Origin: Felis catus
Taxonomy: Eukaryota
DNA: 64,000 bases
Assembly: GCF_018350175.1 (NCBI RefSeq)
Contig: NC_058368.1
Coordinates: 217,932,001-217,996,000 of the forward strand
Reading direction: 5' to 3'
Within the stretch, counting starts at the first letter, position 1. Each line of letters opens with the position of its first letter. Below, one piece after another: positions 38,703 to 50,391 of this stretch. Below the pieces are notes generated by a model that searched no databases, was not told the DNA's origin, and saw nothing but the letters and a program-made list of their open reading frames with translations. The translations under genes and the position numbers were made by a program.

Positions 38703-38924
38703 GGAGTGCCTGGGTGGCGCAGTCGGTTAAGCATCTGACTTCAGCCAGGTCACGATCTCGCGGTCCGTGAGTTCGAGCCCCGCGTCAGGCTCTGGGCTGA
38801 CGGCTCAGAGCCTGGAGCCTGTTTCTGATTCTGTGTCTCCCTCTCTCTCTGCCCCTCCCCCGTTCATGCTCTGTCTGTCTCTGTCCCAAAAATAAATAAA
38901 CGTTGAAAAAAAAATTAAAAAAAA
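38703..38924 (+). mobile_element. Young felid SINEC_Fc-type SINE
   Basis: CpG-rich body; perfect TSD AAGAATTCAAACTT at 38689-38702 and 38925-38938. Confidence 0.97.
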
Positions 38925-39297
38925 AAGAATTCAAACTTTCTGTGAAAGAAGAGAATTTAATATTTCCTATCCCAAAAACATCTGCCCACACAGAAACATT
39001 TGGAAAAAACAAAGAATCAAAACTTGATTCAAAACAAAATTTTCTGAAGTTAAAAAATTGAACTATATCATTGATAAAGGAGACTCTAACACCAGGTAAA
39101 AAGATAAATGGCCAAATTTGTTTTAAACATTGACAGATGAATAATCAAATAATATTGTAAGTTCTTATACATAATACTTGTATGGAAAAGGTAAAATTAA
39201 GAAATTAAAATCTGGAATTTACTGTATGAATCATATCTATCATTAATTTAACTTTATATAATTCTATTACATCTTTATAAATATAATAATATTTTTA

Positions 39298-39402
39298 AGC
39301 CTGGAGCCTGCATCGAATGCTGTGTGTGTGTCTCTCTCTCTGCCCCTCCCCTGCTCACACTCTCTCTCTCTCAAAAAAAAAATTAAAAAAAAATTTAAAA
39401 AA
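39298..39402 (+). mobile_element. 5'-truncated CanSINE
   Basis: Begins at AGCCTGGAGCCTG, then (CT)n and A tail. Confidence 0.85.
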
Positions 39403-39789
39403 CTTATTAAAATGCATGTTACATAAATTATGTAAAATATATATAAAAGAGAATATATATGTAAGACTTACACTGATAGACTAAGACTAATATGTACATT
39501 TTAAGTATATATGTATATATATGTGCATATATACACACACACACATATATCCTTAAATATATATTCTTCATATACTAGATCTTCTGGCTTACATAAAATA
39601 TAATTCAATTTTCAAAATATGTTTACATTAAAGATTGTCATAACAATCTGTGCAAAGTATATTTATTTTTAGCATAATAGAAAACAATAGTATATACTGT
39701 TTTAAAAAGACATGATTAAAGTGTAATATGTGGATTGCATAAATTTTACAATATAACAATATTTAAGCTGCCCATCTGGGTAGGTATTT

Positions 39790-40430
39790 TCTGCTTTCTA
39801 ACACAATACCATCATCTCTCATGTGGACCCTTTAAATACACTCCTAAATGATCTCCTCATTGCCATTAAACTTGTCACCTCTGCTCCCTTCTCCAAATGA
39901 CAGCAAGAGTGATATTTTTAAAAAGCAAATTTATTCTTGTTGCTCTCTCGCTTAATACCACTCTATTCCTATTAAATGTAGAATGCATTTCAACATGCCT
40001 AGCAGAAAGTCTCTTGCTTCATCTCAACTTAATTTCATGGAACTCTGCCTCATTCATTAATCTCTAGCTGCTTTCTTTGATCCCTTTTTCTGATGGTCTT
40101 TGTTGCTGCAGGGACTTTGCACATCCTCTCTCTATATTGTGAATGATCATTCAATCCTTTTCCTGCACCTCACAGCCTCAGATTTAGTATCACTTGTTAT
40201 TTCAGATGAGCCTAGTTCCACTTTTTTGGTGCTTCCATAGGTTATCATTTTATTTACTGTAGTTTTAACTTCATTTTTGGAAAACAGAAATATTGTGTCC
40301 CCAGCACCGAACAGAAAATTAAATGAGTTAGGGAAAAAAATCTTACACACTGCTTTATCACTAAAGGCTGGCATATCATGTGACATAAAGTAGGTACTTA
40401 ATACATTTTGGTGACTGAAAATAAATTTCA
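39790..40430. mobile_element. Ancient L2 3' fragment
   Basis: CCATCATCTCTCATGTGGAC...CAGCAAGAGTGATATTTTTAAAA...GGGACTTTGCACAT...AAGTAGGTACTTAATACATTTTGGTGACTGAA. Confidence 0.7.
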
Positions 40431-40649
40431 AGTAATATCAGTGATCTGTTATGTATAGTTGTGTTATAGATTTGGGGTAAAAATTTAAATTGGTAGGCTC
40501 AAAAAGTAAAAGCTAATACAACATTTATATAGGCAGATTGTACACAAATAGTTTAATCTTTGATGTAGTATAAGCAGACATTTAGTTTATTTGCTCCCTT
40601 AAGAATACGGCATTTTCCAACTACCTAATCATTTAAAAGAACTTGTTTA

Positions 40650-40838
40650 GGCACACCTGGGTGGCTCAGTTAGTTGAGGCTCCAAATCTGGATTTTGGCT
40701 CAGGTCATGATCTCACAGTTTGTGTGTGAGTTTGAGCCCCACGTTGGGCTCTGTGCTAAAAGTGCAGAGCCTGCCTGGGATTTTCTCTTCTTCTCTCTCC
40801 CCCTCCCACCCCAAATAAATACACTTTTTAAAAAAATA
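40650..40838 (+). mobile_element. CanSINE
   Basis: TSD AAAAGAACTTGTTTA. Confidence 0.93.
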
Positions 40839-40869
40839 AAAGAACTTGTTTAAAAATCAGAGTTCTCTC

Positions 40870-41650
40870 ATGATATCGAAAGACCCATGCACTCCTGTGT
40901 TTAATGTAGTATTATTCACAATTGCCAAGATACAGAAACAACTTCAAGTATCCATCAGTGGGTTAGTGGATAAAGATGTGCTGTACACACACACACAATG
41001 CAATATTATTCATCCATGAGGGAAAAAAAAGAATCTTGCCATTTGTGACAATGTGGATGGACTAGGGGCATTATGTTAAGTGAGATAAGTGAGACAGAGA
41101 AAGACAATTACTATATGTTCTCACTGATACGTGGAATCTAACTCAAGCAGAGCAGAACTCATAGAAATAGGGTAGAATGGTGGTTATTAGGGGCTGGGGA
41201 GTGGAGGAATTGGGAGGCTGTCGTTTAAGGATACGAACTTGCAAACAATAGATAATGAAGTCCTGAGGATCTAATGCAAAGCATAGTGATTATAGATAAT
41301 AATACTATATTATAAACTTCAAAGTTGCTAACAGACTAGATCTTAATTGTTCCCACCACAGAAATCAACATGGGGGCACCTGGGTGGCTCAGTCAGTTAA
41401 GCCTCTGACTCTTGATTTTGGCTCAGGTCATGATCTCAGGATTCCTGGCACTGAGCCCCACACTGGGATCCCTGATGACAACACAGAGTCTGCTTGGAAT
41501 TCTCTCTTACGCTGTCTCTCTGCCCCATTCCTCCACCCCCTGTGCACATGTGTGCACATGCTCTGTCTCTCAAAAAAGCTTTTTAAAAAAATCAACATGA
41601 CGTATACCTTAAATTTATATAATGGTATGTGTCAATTATATCTCAATTTT
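40870..41650 (+). mobile_element. Older L1MA/MB-like 3' end, interrupted by a SINE
   Basis: TATTCACAATTGCCAAGATACAGAAACAAC, GCATTATGTTAAGTGAGATAAG, AAAGTTGCTAACAGACTAGATCTTAA, TGTCAATTATATCTCAAT. Confidence 0.85.
41372..41590 (+). mobile_element. CanSINE in L1
   Basis: TSD AAATCAACATG. Confidence 0.93.
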
Positions 41651-41854
41651 TAAATATTTTTTAATGTTGATTTATTTTTGATCGAGACAGAGCCTGAGTG
41701 GGAGGGACAGAGAGAGGAGAGACAGAAACCAAAGCAGGCGCCACGCTATGAGCGGTCACCACAGAGTCCAACATGGGGCTCGAAACCACGAACTGTGAGA
41801 TGAGGACCTGAGCCGATGTCCGACACTTAACCAACTGACCAACCCACGTGCCCC
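41650..41854 (-). mobile_element. CanSINE
   Basis: Antisense SINE; flanks TATATCTCA. Confidence 0.92.
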
Positions 41855-43239
41855 AATATATCTCATTTTTTTAAAAATCAGGGTTTCCTTTATTGTTGCT
41901 TATTTGTTTAGTCTTTTGCTTTTATTTTTCCTTTTTATAATCTCTTAGCATTTTAACACTCAAAATGATAAACTACAATTCTCAAAGCCTGAAAAGCATT
42001 TGGACAAGCATCAGTATGTTTTATTCTAGATTGCTCTTTCTAATATTAGTGCAAAGAATTACAGTGAGTATGTAATGAAAATTGCTTAGAAGGAACAAAT
42101 TGAATTAAATCTGTATTTGCTTTTTAAATATTATGAGGTTAACTAAATTTTAAATTTTGCCATCTACGTACCATAGCAGAGAAAGTAGCATAAAAAAGAG
42201 CCAGAAAATAATTATCTAGGTCAATTTCTTTAATGATACAATTTATCAGGCTTACGAAAACGTTACCCTGTAGGAAAAAGTAGAGTTGACACACCAATAT
42301 TTCACTGGCATTATAGTCTTTGGAAAATTGCCTAGTTTAAAAGTAAGATATTTTGGTTCTGGTTGATTAAACTATTTAAACAATCTCTGCTAGTATATGT
42401 GGCTTGTCTTTAGATAATCTAAAATAAACACATAAAACAAACAAAATATATTTTTATCCTGTGATTCATTGCTGTGTATATTTTCATTATTTGAAATGCA
42501 CAATATTGTGGTTTTTAAGCTAATTCTATTCTGGATTGAAAGTACTTTGCATAGAACTGAATCAGTCACTATCACACTCTTGCAGTAGATTGATTCACAT
42601 ATACAAAGGAGAAGCTTTGGCCTTTTTACTGTTTTGACTGTATTTTGGTATTAAATTATTTATTACACATTTTAATGCAAATTTATTTGACCTATGGAGT
42701 TGATTCTAAACATTATGAAAGGTTTACATGTAACCTTTACTTACCCTCATCAATCCCAGCATTATGCTGAATAACGCAATGTTTATAATTACTATTTTAA
42801 ATCCTTTGATGGAAATTGTTTCTATGCTTATTAATTCAAATAAATATGTCAAATAATAACCAGAATTGCCAATTCCAAACATTCTACCTTCTTCATCCTA
42901 GGGACTTCATTAATATAAAGGACAAGCCATAGATAAGATTTGCCATCATGCTCATTTTTATGCACTTTTCTTTGGAGAGCTTTTTGGTTGTTGTTTATTA
43001 CAATCACACACGGTTCCTCCTAATTTATAGATCCAAGAACAGGGGAACATTAATCTCTTATGATTTTTGTAACCTCAAATACAAGTTTAATTTACTGAAT
43101 GCAGAAATGCAAAAAAATCTTACGGAGTTAATGTGGCTTTTTTTTCATTGCATCTTATGTTAAACTCTAATCCACGTTCCTGCAGATTTTATAGTTATTT
43201 ACCTATATTTTTGGAGGCAAGCAACACAAAATGCCTTTG

Positions 43240-43700
43240 TACAGGATGAGTCACTCCAAGGAATGTGACTAGAGACAGCATATTAGTACTGCTTGACAAA
43301 GCAACTTATTATTTAAGCACAGAAAAGGACAAGAAATTGTATTTGAGTGAAAGGGAAAGGAGAGGCAGAAGAGGAAAAACATCAGTGCAAACTATAACAA
43401 CCAGAAAATTGGATGAAAAGAAACAAGTCAAAGTTCTAGGAGGAATACCAATACGAGTACAGCCGGCCGCACTACTTATCAGCTGCACACAGGCCAAGCT
43501 CCTCGAGGAAATCCAATTTGTTTAGAGGAAGTGACCAAAGAGATAGAGCCAGGCAAATGATCCGAAGTGCCCTGTAACAAAACATACCAGAGAAGCTGCT
43601 TTCCATAGTTTGAAATGTTTCCCACTAGGCTTTGTCACTTTTAAGAAACCACCCACTTTAAAATGGCACAAAGAATCCCTAATTCGGACAGAGTTACTAT
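43240..43700. promoter_or_regulatory. Candidate enhancer (AP-1, TEAD, GATA/E-box, FOX, ETS motif cluster)
   Basis: TGAGTCA 43247-43253, GGAATG 43260-43265, CTTATCAGCTG 43475-43485, TGTTTA 43519-43524, GAGGAAGT 43525-43532; several retained CpGs in apparently non-repeat DNA. Confidence 0.3.
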
Positions 43701-45184
43701 TATATATCATATCTTTAAAAATTATGTAATGGAAAAAGGTGCTGACAACTGAACTAGTAAATTCACATTTTTCTCAAGTACTGGACCCTTTAAAACCTGA
43801 AGCAGTTTATTCTGAAATATTTTAAATATACCCTTGAATGTTTCAAGACCTCCAACTCTAATTAGGAAAAATAAAAATCAAACAGTATGGCAACATGTAT
43901 TTCATATGAAGATTCAAAAGTTAAAAAATAGGCTATATGGACCAGAGGATAGCATTACTTTAAAAGACAAGTGAGACACTGATGGAAATTGGGTAGTATG
44001 TCAATAATCTATAAAGGAATTACCAAAGTTGAAGAAACAGGGGCAGGGACATTATCCCTCTCATTTTGAACCTAAAAAAAAATGATGTACACCAACTAAA
44101 ATAAGAAAAATGCAGGCTTAAAGAAAGAAAATAGTTTACATCAAGGAGGTAATTTACACAGTATAATAATCTCTAAAGTTGGCCACAGAATCATGAAATC
44201 ACCAAATTTCAAGAAAATAATGTCTACAGATAGGATGCTGGGTTAGTTACAACCATTGAATTTGATTAAAAAAACCTGGTTTGTAGGTCTTGTGTAAGGT
44301 TTTCTCTCTACTTTTATCAGTTTGTAAATGAATCAAGAGAAGTTGTGCTGTGGAATCATGCAAACCAAAATGACTTTCCTTTACTACAGGTTTCTTTCAA
44401 TTCTAATTTACTTTGTTAACAATTTCTATATTTTCTGTATAAGTGCCTGAATGGTGCCTATTGCCCATGCCCAGTAGAAATTAATTGCATCACAGTTGCT
44501 TAAAAGTACTACAGCATCAAAATTCTTAGAAGCATTTGCAGCCTTAATGTTGTGCAAAATGCTCTATTAGTTACAACTAAATTTAAGCTTATGTTGTCTT
44601 TATGCTGAAATGGAGCAGTTTCTGAGCTTGATGAAAAAACGCATTACGTATCCTCAAAGTATCATTTTCTCTTGTGTGTGAATTAATATTCTGACAATAA
44701 AATTGTTTTCACGGCAATTATATAATTTTTCATGGTTTCTTTTGTCTGTATTGTTTCCACTTACTTCAAAGGTAGGAGTGTGCAAAACCATTAAATTTCT
44801 CATCATATAATAGAAATATATTTATAATTTCTAATGGAATGTATTCCCAAAATACTTGAGGTGGTTAAGGGATAAAATAGGTAGGGGTTCGTTTTTATGG
44901 AGTCTGAGGTGTTTAAAAATACTTAGAAATAATTGACTTTATACGCATGTATCCCAACTACTTGTGTTTATTTGATGCCTATTATATGCCAAGCACTATT
45001 TGAAGATCTTGAAATGCATCTCTGAACAAGACAGACAGTATTCTCTCCCCAGAAAGCCTGCATTCTTCTGAGAAGGGACAAAAAAGCAAACAAAATGAAT
45101 GAATCATTGAATAACCATTTGGAAAATATGAGTCTGTTATTCATATTCTGCAAATAATTAAGATAGGGTAAGAGATGAATGACA

Positions 45185-45389
45185 GGGGCACTGGGTGGTT
45201 CAGTCGGTGGAGCTTCTGACTCAACTGCAGCTCAGGTCACGATCTCAGGGTTGGTAAGATGGAGCCCCACATCAGGCTCTGCCCTGAGAAGCGGGAGCCT
45301 CCTTGGGATTCTCTCTCTCCCTTTCTCTCTGCTCCTGTTTGCTTGCTCTGTCTCTCTCAAAATAAGTGAATAAACTTAAAAAAAAAAAA
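45185..45389 (+). mobile_element. CanSINE
   Basis: Flanks AAGAG(A/G)TGAAT. Confidence 0.92.
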
Positions 45390-46275
45390 GAGGTGAATTA
45401 TAAAGGTAAATGGTTTGACATGGGAGAGTTTTCTAACAAAGCCATAAGTATACTAAGATGAATAATAAAGAAGTGGTCATATAAAGTACTGGATAGAACG
45501 TCATTGCAAGAACAAATTAATATCATTTTTGAGGTAGATATGCCAACTTGTCGCCAGATATCAGTTCTGTCTGTCTTCATTGAACACCTTATGGTATATT
45601 TTTTCTCTGAGTAAGATTTACACCTCATTTCCTTTTTTCCTGAGGCATGCATATGTGTCTAAATTTGTACCAAATATATGTGTAACTAGAAGTGGCATGC
45701 AGCTGATGCCAGAAAACCTCCTTATAGATAACCAGCTTGTGCCCTTTGACACGTCTTTGTCCCTTCCAACATTTTTTTTCCAAAAAGAAGAAATGGCTGA
45801 AATTAAATTTTAACTGTCATGTTGTACCGTAAAGTTGAGAGTCTATACATCCATGGTGAAGCATTTAGTGGAAGAAGTTTGATTCCTTCACCATGAGGAC
45901 CAAGAGAATATCATGAAACATAAAGCATCACATCAGTGATGAACTGATCAACAAAAAGGTGTTGCAGGAAAAAGAGGGTCCATGGTTAATTCAGCTTTTT
46001 CCTCAGACAACTAAAGAAATTCCTGGTTTATTCATTCATATAGGATTGTTCAACTATAATAACACAGAAAATAACTTAGATAACTCTGCCCTGAAAGAGT
46101 AAAGAAAAAAAAAACCTTAAATGTGTATTCTTTATACTTTACAAAAATATCAAAGATTTTGTGCTTCTGGACGAATCAAATGAGAATATGTTATTTGACC
46201 TGCCTTCTTATATGAAAAAAACACCTGCAGGCCCCCAAATAGGTAGTATTACTGCTATATTTTGAATAGAAGAGA

Positions 46276-46490
46276 GGGGTGCCTGGGTAGCTCAGTCGGT
46301 TAAGCACCTGACTCTTTCTTGATTTCAGCTCAGGTCGTGATCTAATAGTTCGTGAGTTTGAGCCCTGCATTGGGCTCTGCACTGTCAGTGTGGAGCCTGC
46401 TTGGGATTCACTCTCTCTCCCTCTTTCACTGCCCCTTCCCCACCTTCTTTCTCTCTCTGCCTCAAAATAAATAAATAAACTTAAATTTTG
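46276..46490 (+). mobile_element. CanSINE
   Basis: GGGGTGCCTGGGTAGCTCAGTCGG head, A tail. Confidence 0.94.
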
Positions 46491-47329
46491 TTGAATAAAA
46501 GAAAGATAACCTTATGAATAGAAGGTTACCTGACTTGAAAATCTAATCTGATGACTACGTTGAAATGAGACTGGTCGGGTATGGGGGTAGGTGGTATTGA
46601 TTAAATGTTAAGTGGGAGGAAACCGACATTTATTGAGCACTTAAAATGTTTCAGGAACATTAACATATTTTAATATATATCAAGTGTATTCTGAGATGCA
46701 GACATTGTTTAACCTATTTGTAGCCAAAATTAGTCAATCTAAGGTAATTTAAATAAATTTTCTAAAGTAATAGCATAGGAGAGCCAGGAAAATAATTGGA
46801 ACTGATTTACCATCTATCTATTCAAGATTAACCACAAAATGATAGTGACTCAGTTCTTTTTTTTTAAACAATCCAACTACTCTCAGTAATAAATCATGAC
46901 AGTAAAGACTAGGGAGTGGAGGATATCTATGGACATTAAGGAATTATAATTGCATATTTGTCACTCTTACCTGTAATATCAATTATCTACCCCTGAAAAT
47001 GTTTTAATGTATTCACTATTTAATTTCAGCAATCCCAATTTCCTTATCTATAAACTTTAGAAGATGATAGGACTAATGTAGGAGTAAATGAAATAATAAA
47101 TATGTATCAGAATTTGACAAGTAGTTTTATTAACCACTATTTTAATTTTTATATAATAAACTTAACTAAGATGATATACTATTTTAGTTAAACTTACAAG
47201 AACATAGCCATAAAATCATCAGAAATCAGATTTTTTTTTCCATTACTGAAATCACTAACCTAATCATATATTGCACATATTTATGCAAAACAAAGTTTCA
47301 CTAGCTGTAGCTATGTCAAATATGTATAT

Positions 47330-47880
47330 TGCAGTGTTAAACACAAACCAAAAATCTTCAATTTTTTCCTAGTGCCCAAAGAGAAAGATAGCCTCCGTAT
47401 ACTTTTCTTTCAGCTTTTTCTTAGAGAAACAGTATTTTTAAACTGTATCTCTGAGATATATTTAAATATTTTTAAAAGCCGAAAGAGTCTTTTGCCACTT
47501 ATGAATTCTACGGGTGTCTTTCTTGGGGATCTTTGAGAAGTCTATTCTAAATGTGAACATCAAGTAGAGTGGCACTCCAATGGAAGGTTAGCCTAGGCAC
47601 TTGATTCCAAGTAGTAACTTCTGCTTGTTGCAAAGACATATGAAGTATTATAGTTCCTTTGAATAAAAAATGGCATGTATGTAATTGATTGTGTCTGTCT
47701 GGCTATCTAATAGGGTGAGATTTCTTTTGGTCTTCATAATCTCTTCAGCAAATTACGTGTGCTGCACATTACAGTCTGGCTTAATGCTTATTCAGTGATA
47801 AAGATTATTTTGTTCTTTTATTTTGGGGTAGATTTATTGGGTTGGCAGGGTATTTTATTTTTAATTATATTTCTTCAACA
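47330..47880 (+). mobile_element. 5' LTR of provirus (MER89/MER90/MER110-like)
   Basis: Starts TGCAGTGTTA, ends TCTTCAACA; similar to 58731-59170; followed by PBS. Confidence 0.8.
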
Positions 47881-47883
47881 ATT

Positions 47884-47901
47884 TGACAATGAGGATGGAA
47901 C
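47884..47901 (+). promoter_or_regulatory. Degenerate primer-binding site, tRNA-Ser(GCT)
   Basis: TGACAATGAGGATGGAAC vs TGGCGACGAGGATGGGAT: 13/18, all mismatches transitions; 3 nt after the LTR-terminal CA. Confidence 0.75.
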
Positions 47902-48079
47902 TGGTCTGACAGTTTCCCAACTTGGGCGGGCCAGCTGAGGGTCTTTTGGCATTATAACAAATCAGGTAAGAGACCTCAAATTATAAAAGTCTCCCTTTTG
48001 GCTCTGTGCTTTTTGAAATAGGAACCAGACAAAACACACTCTCCAAAATCAAGATTTTATGGTCAAGTAAGTATTGGTA

Positions 48080-49480
48080 ATATAGGTTCTTAAAACCAGT
48101 CAAGACCGCCATTAGTTTTGATGGTAGAAAAACATATTAAGCCAGAAATGCCTCTTTCTCAAAAATGGGAATATATTTCTGTCACATTTGGAATAGGTAA
48201 ACATACATGAATCTAGTTTTGCAGCAACCTAAGGATGGTGCCTCTGATTTGGATGAAATAAGGTATTTATGGGAGTCCTTAGATGGAATTTGTCTAAAAT
48301 AAATAGACTGCAGGTATCTGTGTGATGTATATCATTCTTATAGCAAAGTTAAAAATTAGATAGCCAGGAGAAAATCTTGAGAAAAATAGAAAGGTGAGAA
48401 TTAAAATTATTTTTTTCTTTATAGAACTCTCCTCCTTTTCCTACTGTCCCCACTCTCTTTCATCCTGCTGCATCTGTTACTTCTGTACATTCCTCAGATC
48501 AACTTCTAAGAAGAAGGAAGAATGACCTTTTAGATGAATGTGTTCTTGGTTTTTTTTTTTTGGTTTTTGTTTTTGTTCTGTTTTTGTTTTTGTTTTTTTC
48601 ATTTCTGGAGCTCCCTGCAAAGGGGGATGGGTGCACAATATCTTTACCTGGTAATGAATTACTTGCTTAGTTGGGGACATAAATTTATGAATCTCATGCC
48701 CTAGCTCTGAGTTCATTTCATATATTAGCCCAATTTCATCTACAAAAACCCTTTGCAACATCAATGCATCACATATCGATGAAGCAGAAATAAAAGAGAT
48801 GTGATCAGAGAATAATTGAGAACTTGGATAAAATACCGTGCCCCTACATGAAGGCGATCAGTTGGACAGTAGTTACACTAGACACTTGGAAAAAGGTAAA
48901 CAGAACTATTAAGTAGAAAAATACTAACACCAAGAAAAACTCAACACCATAAATTCTACATTGTTTTCACCTTAATAGGAAGGAAATCAGCCCTTCCTAT
49001 TCCAATTGCCAATGGAGCTGATGCCATTGAGAGGCTCCCCAGGCCTCCTAGGTAATTCACCTGCTTTATTCACCTGATAATATTACTAAAGTTTTTTTTT
49101 TCTTCTTCCTCTGTGCTCTCATGACAACTGTTCACACTCAAGTTAGTGAAAAGGTGGTAGGATAGCAAAGACAGACTATTACTCAAATATTAGCAGCAGC
49201 TACTCAGTTTAAGGACAACAGAGAAAAGTAGAAATAAAAACAAAAACACAGCATTAACTGCTGAGTTAGAACTATTTATTCAATATAATCCTTAGTCCGA
49301 TATCCTCTGAAGGCAGAAAAAGAACAAACACCGTATATCATTATTGCAAGAGGCCAGGACACTGGAAAATGGATAGTAGAAAGAGACTCTGGCAAATGCA
49401 GAAATGGCAAGAACAAATATTCAGGAAATCCCAGAAGGATAAAACTCTCAGCCAGAAAATAATTGTCAAATGGCTTAGGT
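48080..49480 (+). pseudogene. gag: ERV gag remnant
   Basis: Matrix-like NLVLQQPKDGASDLDEIRYLW near 48210-48272; NC zinc-knuckle relic YHYCKRPGHWKMDS at 49336-49377 (CX2CX4HX4C with two Cys mutated). Confidence 0.75.
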
Positions 49481-50390
49481 TGATGGATTGAGGGAATCTC
49501 AGGGGTAGGAAATGGTGAAATATGTTTCAATATTTTTTATGCTACCCTATCCTTGCCTTTTCTGGTAAGTATTGGGGTTATTTGTTTCATAAAAATTTTT
49601 TGCCTTTGGCATGATGATAAATCAAAATTAGTTGGTATTTTGAATCAGGTTTCTACTTTTTTTTTCCTTTGTTACTTTTCCTTTTTTGTTTTCTGTAGTT
49701 TTCATAGAAATAGTTTCCTCTAACAGAGGAACATGCATTCTTTCTCCTGATTCATCCATAAACCAATTGGGGAGATATTTGCTATACAAAGACCTCTATC
49801 CATATTCTGTACTCCAGATGGAATGCTTAAGGAGTTCCCTGGGGCTTAGGGAGGAAGGCATCTAACGTGGTTATTTTGTCCTTTCTGAAAGAAACATGGT
49901 ATGGTATAGAGAGTCAATCTCACACTATGTTGGGAAAAATGTCCTGAATGAATGGAAATCAATATTACTTTGGGCCCTGAAGCATAATGATATTGGTTTA
50001 ATTTGATATATAAAACTATTAAAAATAGCTAAGTAAAATGATTAGCCATGGCCATGTATAAAATAATATCCTTTCTCAAGTGTTCAATTAGAAACAGCAA
50101 AATAGTTATAAAATAACTAGAAAACAAGAAGTAAAAATGGAAGTTACTCTGTAATTCTCTCACACTTCCAGTGAAGAAGGGAGGTAAATTTGATTAAGAT
50201 TGTCACCATTTCACTACTATATGGATTTTTTCAAGATCTTAGTAAATAAATGTGTCATTCTAGTAACAACTATAGTTCCTAACCTTGTAACTATTCTGAT
50301 TTTGGTACCATCATCTGTAAACTTTTTCTCTGTAGTTGATCTATATTCAGCTTTCTATTTTTCCCTATTCCTCTAGTGGATGTCTCACAA
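49480..50390 (+). pseudogene. pol: ERV protease and N-terminal reverse transcriptase remnant
   Basis: Protease-like KLVGILNQV and INQLGRYLLYK (cf. NLLGRDLL); RT LWALKHNDIG, CNSLTLPVKK, FQDL, VPNLVTIL, FFSVVDLYSAF (VVDLYSAF 50332-50355). Confidence 0.85.
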
Positions 50391-50391
50391 T

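Noticed and set aside
48477..48764. 95-aa minus-strand ORF
   Set aside because: Antisense to the gag relic and partly a T-rich simple repeat.
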